Shown here piece after piece: positions 59,441-64,000 of a stretch of 64,000 bases of DNA. Position 1 is the stretch's first letter; the number at the start of each line of letters is the position of its first letter. A model generated the notes under the pieces. It had not been told where the DNA came from. It searched no databases and was given only the letters and a program-made list of their open reading frames with translations. Source of the stretch: Candidatus Poribacteria bacterium (GTDB lineage: Bacteria; Poribacteria; WGA-4E; WGA-3G); contig OZ240248.1 in the NCBI GenBank assembly GCA_965198235.1, forward strand, positions 704,001 through 768,000, given 5' to 3'. Position numbers and translations under genes: made by a program.

Positions 59441-59544
59441 GATAGGGCGTTTCTTTTTCCCCCAGGTTGAGCGGAACCGAGAAAGGCGATGCCGACAGCC
59501 CAAACACATTCAACACCCTATACAATCATATAAATCAGGGATAT

Positions 59545-59700
59545 AGCGAAACCCAACGTCATACCGCCACGTTTGCGAGCACCTCACAGGAAGAGCGTTG
59601 GGTTTCACTGGGTCTTTGGATGTATATCCCGGTATACTGCATTTTAGGAGTGTTTGGGGTGCCAACAAGGTCTTTCTCAACACCGTTCAACCTCGACAAA
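59545..59700. repeat. REPIN/MITE-like element with GAAACCCAAC / GTTGGGTTTC arms
   Basis: Similar in reverse orientation to 63760-63985. Confidence 0.6.
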
Positions 59701-59838
59701 TGCCACACGCGCATTTGGCTTGATTCGCTACGCCCCTAAATTGACGCTTATGTGGTGCGGTTACAAACCACATCCACCGAGGAAATGTGTAAGTCCTTAT
59801 AAAATGTTGCACACAGATTCAAACAGAGGAGGTCAACG

Positions 59839-61029
59839 ATGTTCTCCCGAAACGACATAACTCCACAACAAAGCAGAAATAGAACCCCCTGTGCTTATGT
59901 CATGTGCGTGCTCACCAGCCTCGTGCTCATAGGCTTTTGCGCTAATCTCGTCAGTGCCGCCCCGCTGAAAGCGGTTTACAAATATCAGGAAATCAAAGCA
60001 ATTTCTAAAAGTCTCAAAAAGCAGAAGAAACAGGAAGATTTAGAGAAATTAGTTGAGAAATCCGAGGAATTCGTTGAAGCACATCCAGAATACAAACGGG
60101 TGGATGAGGTTTATCATCTTCTCGGCAGTGCTTTGGTTCAATTAGAGCGCATTGAAGAAGGCATTATGGCTTTTGAGGAAGTCATCAAGGAATATCCAGA
60201 GGCTCGCTACGTTGAACGTTGTCTGTTAGGCTTGGGATTGGCGTACGATAAACTCGGCAACCACGACGCAGCAGACAGTGCTTACCAAAAATTGATAGAC
60301 CATCCGAAATACGGTTCGCGATCGCAGGCAAAACTTGCGAAGAAGATTCTTGAACAGGACAGAGCTGAACGGAAGGGTGAATTACCGAGACCTCCTGGGG
60401 CGAGTTCCGGAATGAACCCTCGCGAGTGGATCGGTAAGCCAGCACTCGATTTTCAGGTGACGGATTTGAAGGGTGAAGAACTCTCGTTGAAGCAGTACCG
60501 CGGACAGGTCGTGCTCCTCGATTTCTGGGCAACATGGTGTCCTCCCTGCATCGCAGAGATACCGAACGTTAAGAAGACTTACGAAAAGTATAAAGATCAG
60601 AAGTTTCAGATTATCGGTATCAGTCTGGACAGGTCAGAAAAACCTCTTGAGGCTTATATTGAAAAAGAGCAACTGGAATGGCTCCATTATTGGGACAAAA
60701 GCCGCAAGGTTAGCACTATGTATAAGGTGCAGGGGATTCCGTCGACCTTCCTAATTGACGGTGAAGGGGTTATCCGCAAAACGAACCTCGGCGGTTTTGA
60801 TGTTGAAGCTGCCGTCGCTGAATTGGTGTCGGAAAATCTTGCGAAACCCGTTAATCCCGCTACACCTGTAGAAACACCTCCCGATTCTGCAAGGGATGAT
60901 CAAAGTACAAACCTCAAGGTCAAAGAGATCATTGAGGCGGCTGTCGCGGCGCACGGTGGACTTGAGAAACTTGAAACCGTGAAAAGCGTTGGGACTGTTC
61001 CGTCCAGGAGAATAAAACGAGGGGCATAA
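59839..61029 (+). CDS. TPR + TlpA/redoxin protein, paralog of 58280-59290; C-terminal domain appears truncated
   Basis: LLDFWATWCPPC; Pro linker, then IIEAAVAAHGGLEKL..VK and an abrupt end. Confidence 0.85.
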   Translation: MFSRNDITPQQSRNRTPCAYVMCVLTSLVLIGFCANLVSAAPLKAVYKYQEIKAISKSLKKQKKQEDLEKLVEKSEEFVEAHPEYKRVDEVYHLLGSALVQLERIEEGIMAFEEVIKEYPEARYVERCLLGLGLAYDKLGNHDAADSAYQKLIDHPKYGSRSQAKLAKKILEQDRAERKGELPRPPGASSGMNPREWIGKPALDFQVTDLKGEELSLKQYRGQVVLLDFWATWCPPCIAEIPNVKKTYEKYKDQKFQIIGISLDRSEKPLEAYIEKEQLEWLHYWDKSRKVSTMYKVQGIPSTFLIDGEGVIRKTNLGGFDVEAAVAELVSENLAKPVNPATPVETPPDSARDDQSTNLKVKEIIEAAVAAHGGLEKLETVKSVGTVPSRRIKRGA

Positions 61030-61099
61030 TGCTCCCTTCATACTTTGCTGGCGGGGTCTGAACTCCGCCTATTTGCAGTGTCTCGTTAACACAAAAATT

Positions 61100-62194
61100 A
61101 TGGCACACCTTACCTTGAAAGATGTCACCAAAATTTATGACGGTGACGTTCTCGCAGTTGAACAGGCAGATTTTCAGATTCCCGATGAGTCGTTTACCGT
61201 GCTCGTCGGTCCATCGGGATGTGGTAAATCAACACTATTACGGATGATTGCCGGGTTGGAAGAGATAACGGAAGGCGATATCTATATTGACGATGAACGG
61301 ATTAATGACATCCCGCCTAAAGACAGGGATATCGCCATGGTCTTCCAAAACTACGCCCTCTATCCACACATGACGGTGTATAAGAACATGGCGTTTGGAT
61401 TGAAACTTCGGAAATATCCGAAAGCGGAGATTGACGAGCGGGTCAAAGAGGCGGCGGAGATTCTGAGCATCTCACACCTCTTGAACCGAAAACCCAAGCA
61501 TCTCTCCGGTGGGGAACGCCAGCGTGTCGCCGTCGGTAGAGCGATCGTCCGACACCCTAAAGTCTTCCTGTTCGATGAACCGTTGAGCAACCTCGATGCG
61601 AAGCTACGCGTGCAAATGCGGATGGAAATCAGTCGTCTACACGACCGACTCAACGCTACCATCGTCTACGTTACGCACGACCAAGTCGAAGCAATGACGA
61701 TGGGGGACCAGATCGTGGTGATCAATGAGGGGAAAGTCCAGCAGATCGCTGATCCCGGAACGCTCTATCATAAACCGGCAAACCAATTCGTCGGCGGATT
61801 CATCGGTACGCCGCCGATGAACTTTATAGAGACGGACATCGTGAATAATGGCGGTGATCCAACCCTTAGATTTGAAAGCTTCAAAGTGGAACTGAATGCC
61901 CACCTCCAGTCGGCACTGAATAAACTTTCAGGGGATTCAGTGACGCTCGGTATCCGCCCGGAGGATATTCACGTTGGTGAAAACGGGAAAAACAGTGTGG
62001 GTACACAGGTGGAACTGGTTGAGCCGCTCGGAAATCACGCGCTTTTGTATCTACGGACGGAGAAGAACAGTTTCGTTGCACAATCCGATCTCATCAATAT
62101 ACCGCAACACAACGCGCAGGTGACAGTTCGTTTTGATATGGAGAAAGCGCACCTATTTCACCCAGAGACAGGCGAATCTTTAACAGCAGCATAG
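61100..62194 (+). CDS. Carbohydrate ABC transporter ATP-binding protein (MalK/UgpC/MsmX-like)
   Basis: GPSGCGKS, VFQNYALYPH, LSGGERQR, DEPLSNLD, TOBE tail. Confidence 0.93.
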   Translation: MAHLTLKDVTKIYDGDVLAVEQADFQIPDESFTVLVGPSGCGKSTLLRMIAGLEEITEGDIYIDDERINDIPPKDRDIAMVFQNYALYPHMTVYKNMAFGLKLRKYPKAEIDERVKEAAEILSISHLLNRKPKHLSGGERQRVAVGRAIVRHPKVFLFDEPLSNLDAKLRVQMRMEISRLHDRLNATIVYVTHDQVEAMTMGDQIVVINEGKVQQIADPGTLYHKPANQFVGGFIGTPPMNFIETDIVNNGGDPTLRFESFKVELNAHLQSALNKLSGDSVTLGIRPEDIHVGENGKNSVGTQVELVEPLGNHALLYLRTEKNSFVAQSDLINIPQHNAQVTVRFDMEKAHLFHPETGESLTAA

Positions 62195-62242
62195 CGTCTT
62201 TTGTAGGAACTATCTTGTTTCCATAGGAAGTTTAATAAAATA

Positions 62243-62395
62243 ACCTAAGTTGCCACCTTTGTAGCATAATCTTTTAGATTGTGCCAGTCGTCGTAGCATA
62301 GACTGTTAGTCTGTGCTTGCGCGTCCGCAAACTAACAGTTTACGATACAAAAACGCTGATTGCATACCTAAAATCTTGTCCGTAGCAACTTGGGT
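62243..62395. mobile_element. 153-bp MITE with 14-bp TIRs and a 7-bp target duplication
   Basis: ACCTAAGTTGCCAC...GTAGCAACTTGGGT flanked by TAAAATA at 62236-62242 and 62396-62402. Confidence 0.75.
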
Positions 62396-62576
62396 TAAAA
62401 TATTTGGGTAATTCTATAAAGGACAGTTTTTACTCAAGAAGGTTCTCTAATCCTGGAAATCCCTTAATCCTGTGAATCCTGATTCAGACAAAAAAGGTAA
62501 TTTGTTTCGTCAGAAAATATCGCGACCGGGAGGTCGCTTCTACAGCAAGAATTCAAACCCTAAAAATCTGTGAAAT

Positions 62577-63602
62577 TTACAATAAAGCCTGAATTTGTGC
62601 CCATGTCTCGGCATCTATTGGAATGCCTTCCCGTTCCCGTTTACGTTGTGTTTCCCAACCGCGTTCACCCGGCACCCGAATTGCGTCAACGCCAGCGGCG
62701 CGCTTCGCCGATTTGAGATACCGAATAAATCGTTCTATCTCCGCGCTGAACCCCGGAAATCCTCTAAAACTCGCAACGTTAATCACCAGCACAAACAACC
62801 CGTTGCCGACACGAGCATCCTCACTCTGGCTACATCCTGCCCCTGTGAGCGCGCCCGATAGGATGTCGACGATGACGCTCAGCCCAAATCCTTTGTGTGC
62901 AGAAACCGTTCCACCAAACGGCAATAAGGCGGCGGGCGGCACGTCATAGAAATCGTCCGCATCCGTCGTTGGATCGCCCTCCGCGTCAATGAGCCATCCG
63001 TGCGGAAGTGCTTCGTCCCGATGCTGTTTGACCCGGATCTTCCCCGATGCGACAACACTTGTAGACATATCCAATACGATCGGATCTTGGCCTTCAATCG
63101 GCACCGCACACGCGATCGGGTTGGTTGAGAGTCGTCCTTCAACGCCGCCGTGCGGTGCGACACACGTGCCACCCCCATGGTCGTTCGTCATGAGCAATGC
63201 GATCATCTCAGCATCTGTGGCGAGACACGCGTATCCGCCTAATCTACCGACCTCATTGCACCGCGAAACAGCAACCGAGCTTATATCTGTCTGACTTGCT
63301 TTCTGGATTGCTAATTCGACGGCACGCGTAGCAATGACGGGACCGAAGCCCCAGTTTCCATCTAAAACCGCGATTGAAGCGGATTCATGTAGGACTTCTG
63401 TGGGTGAATCGGGCTGGATTAATCCCTCTTCCAATTCACGCACATATTTCGGGAGGTGGATAACGCCATGTGAATCGTGTCCGACGCGATTGGCATCCAC
63501 CATAGACCGGGTTACCACTTCCGCTTCGGCTGTTGGGATCTTTAATTTCTGAAAGACGTTTAAGCAAATTTCGGTGAGTTCTTCCGCTGTAAAGTTCGGC
63601 AT
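62577..63602 (-). CDS. Ldh_2-family oxidoreductase (malate/L-lactate/ureidoglycolate dehydrogenase-like)
   Basis: GHDSHG, DG..GFG, STNPI, LDMSTS, HKGFGL, PGE. Confidence 0.9.
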   Translation of the reverse strand: MPNFTAEELTEICLNVFQKLKIPTAEAEVVTRSMVDANRVGHDSHGVIHLPKYVRELEEGLIQPDSPTEVLHESASIAVLDGNWGFGPVIATRAVELAIQKASQTDISSVAVSRCNEVGRLGGYACLATDAEMIALLMTNDHGGGTCVAPHGGVEGRLSTNPIACAVPIEGQDPIVLDMSTSVVASGKIRVKQHRDEALPHGWLIDAEGDPTTDADDFYDVPPAALLPFGGTVSAHKGFGLSVIVDILSGALTGAGCSQSEDARVGNGLFVLVINVASFRGFPGFSAEIERFIRYLKSAKRAAGVDAIRVPGERGWETQRKREREGIPIDAETWAQIQALL

Positions 63603-63759
63603 CGTAGGCTCCTTCCACGAGATACCGCTATTTTATAGGGGTCTGTTGGGGTTGTCAAGTGCGAATTTTCTCAACAAAGGGAATCGTGACCAGAGGCCGA
63701 ACCCACGGAATAACTATCAGTTATCAGTACGGGTTGCTACGCAACCCTTTCAGCAATCA

Positions 63760-63985
63760 GTTGTTGGGTTTCGCTTGGTTCTACCCATAGCCGTCAATTT
63801 AGCGTTTTCGTAGGTTGGGTTGAACGAAACTGCAAAGGCCACTGCCGACACTCCAAATACACTTCAAACACAAGATCTGTTGTATGCCACCAAGGACGTA
63901 GTGAAACCCAACTTTAGCCCCTACATTTCAAGAAAACCCACAGGAAAAGCGTTGGGTTTCGCTTGGTTCCACCTAACTACAAATG
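63760..63985. repeat. GTAG-type REP/REPIN cluster
   Basis: GTAGGTTGGGTTGAACG...GTGAAACCCAAC and two GTTGGGTTTCGCTTGGTTC copies. Confidence 0.65.
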
Positions 63986-64000
63986 TCGTCTGAATCAGGA

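Overview
Bacterial chromosomal window. The gene content (LamG protein with a C-terminal ...TTTWGxIK tail, ankyrin, WD40, FG-GAP/ASPIC and FGE-domain proteins, inositol catabolism) and the dense REP/MITE-like repeats suggest Candidatus Poribacteria; this is an inference and no search was run. Housekeeping blocks: lpdA; rpsA-metK-ahcY-pfkB; infC(ATA start)-rpmI-rplT-[Phe T-box]-pheS. Other blocks: an Rsb-type partner-switching/two-component cluster, an eda/kinase/aldolase/iolC/iolD cluster, two CNNM transporters and two TPR-TlpA paralogs. Strongest leads: (1) a membrane-anchored DUF4159-like protein broken by one in-frame TGA, followed by a hairpin carrying the E. coli fdhF SECIS core GCAGGTCTGC (candidate new selenoprotein); (2) a complete IS200/IS605 IsrB-omegaRNA element inserted between the RBS and ATG of a sulfurtransferase, under a consensus host promoter, with a nonsense-inactivated isrB; (3) downstream, a complete folE / tandem PTPS-II / Chlorobium-type sepiapterin reductase set (tetrahydrobiopterin); (4) intergenic repeats incorporated in frame into two proteins; (5) a shared C-terminal sorting-like motif; (6) tandem Rieske-helical paralogs and an SHMT-fold enzyme lacking folate-binding motifs. 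All family calls come from recognised motifs, not database searches.
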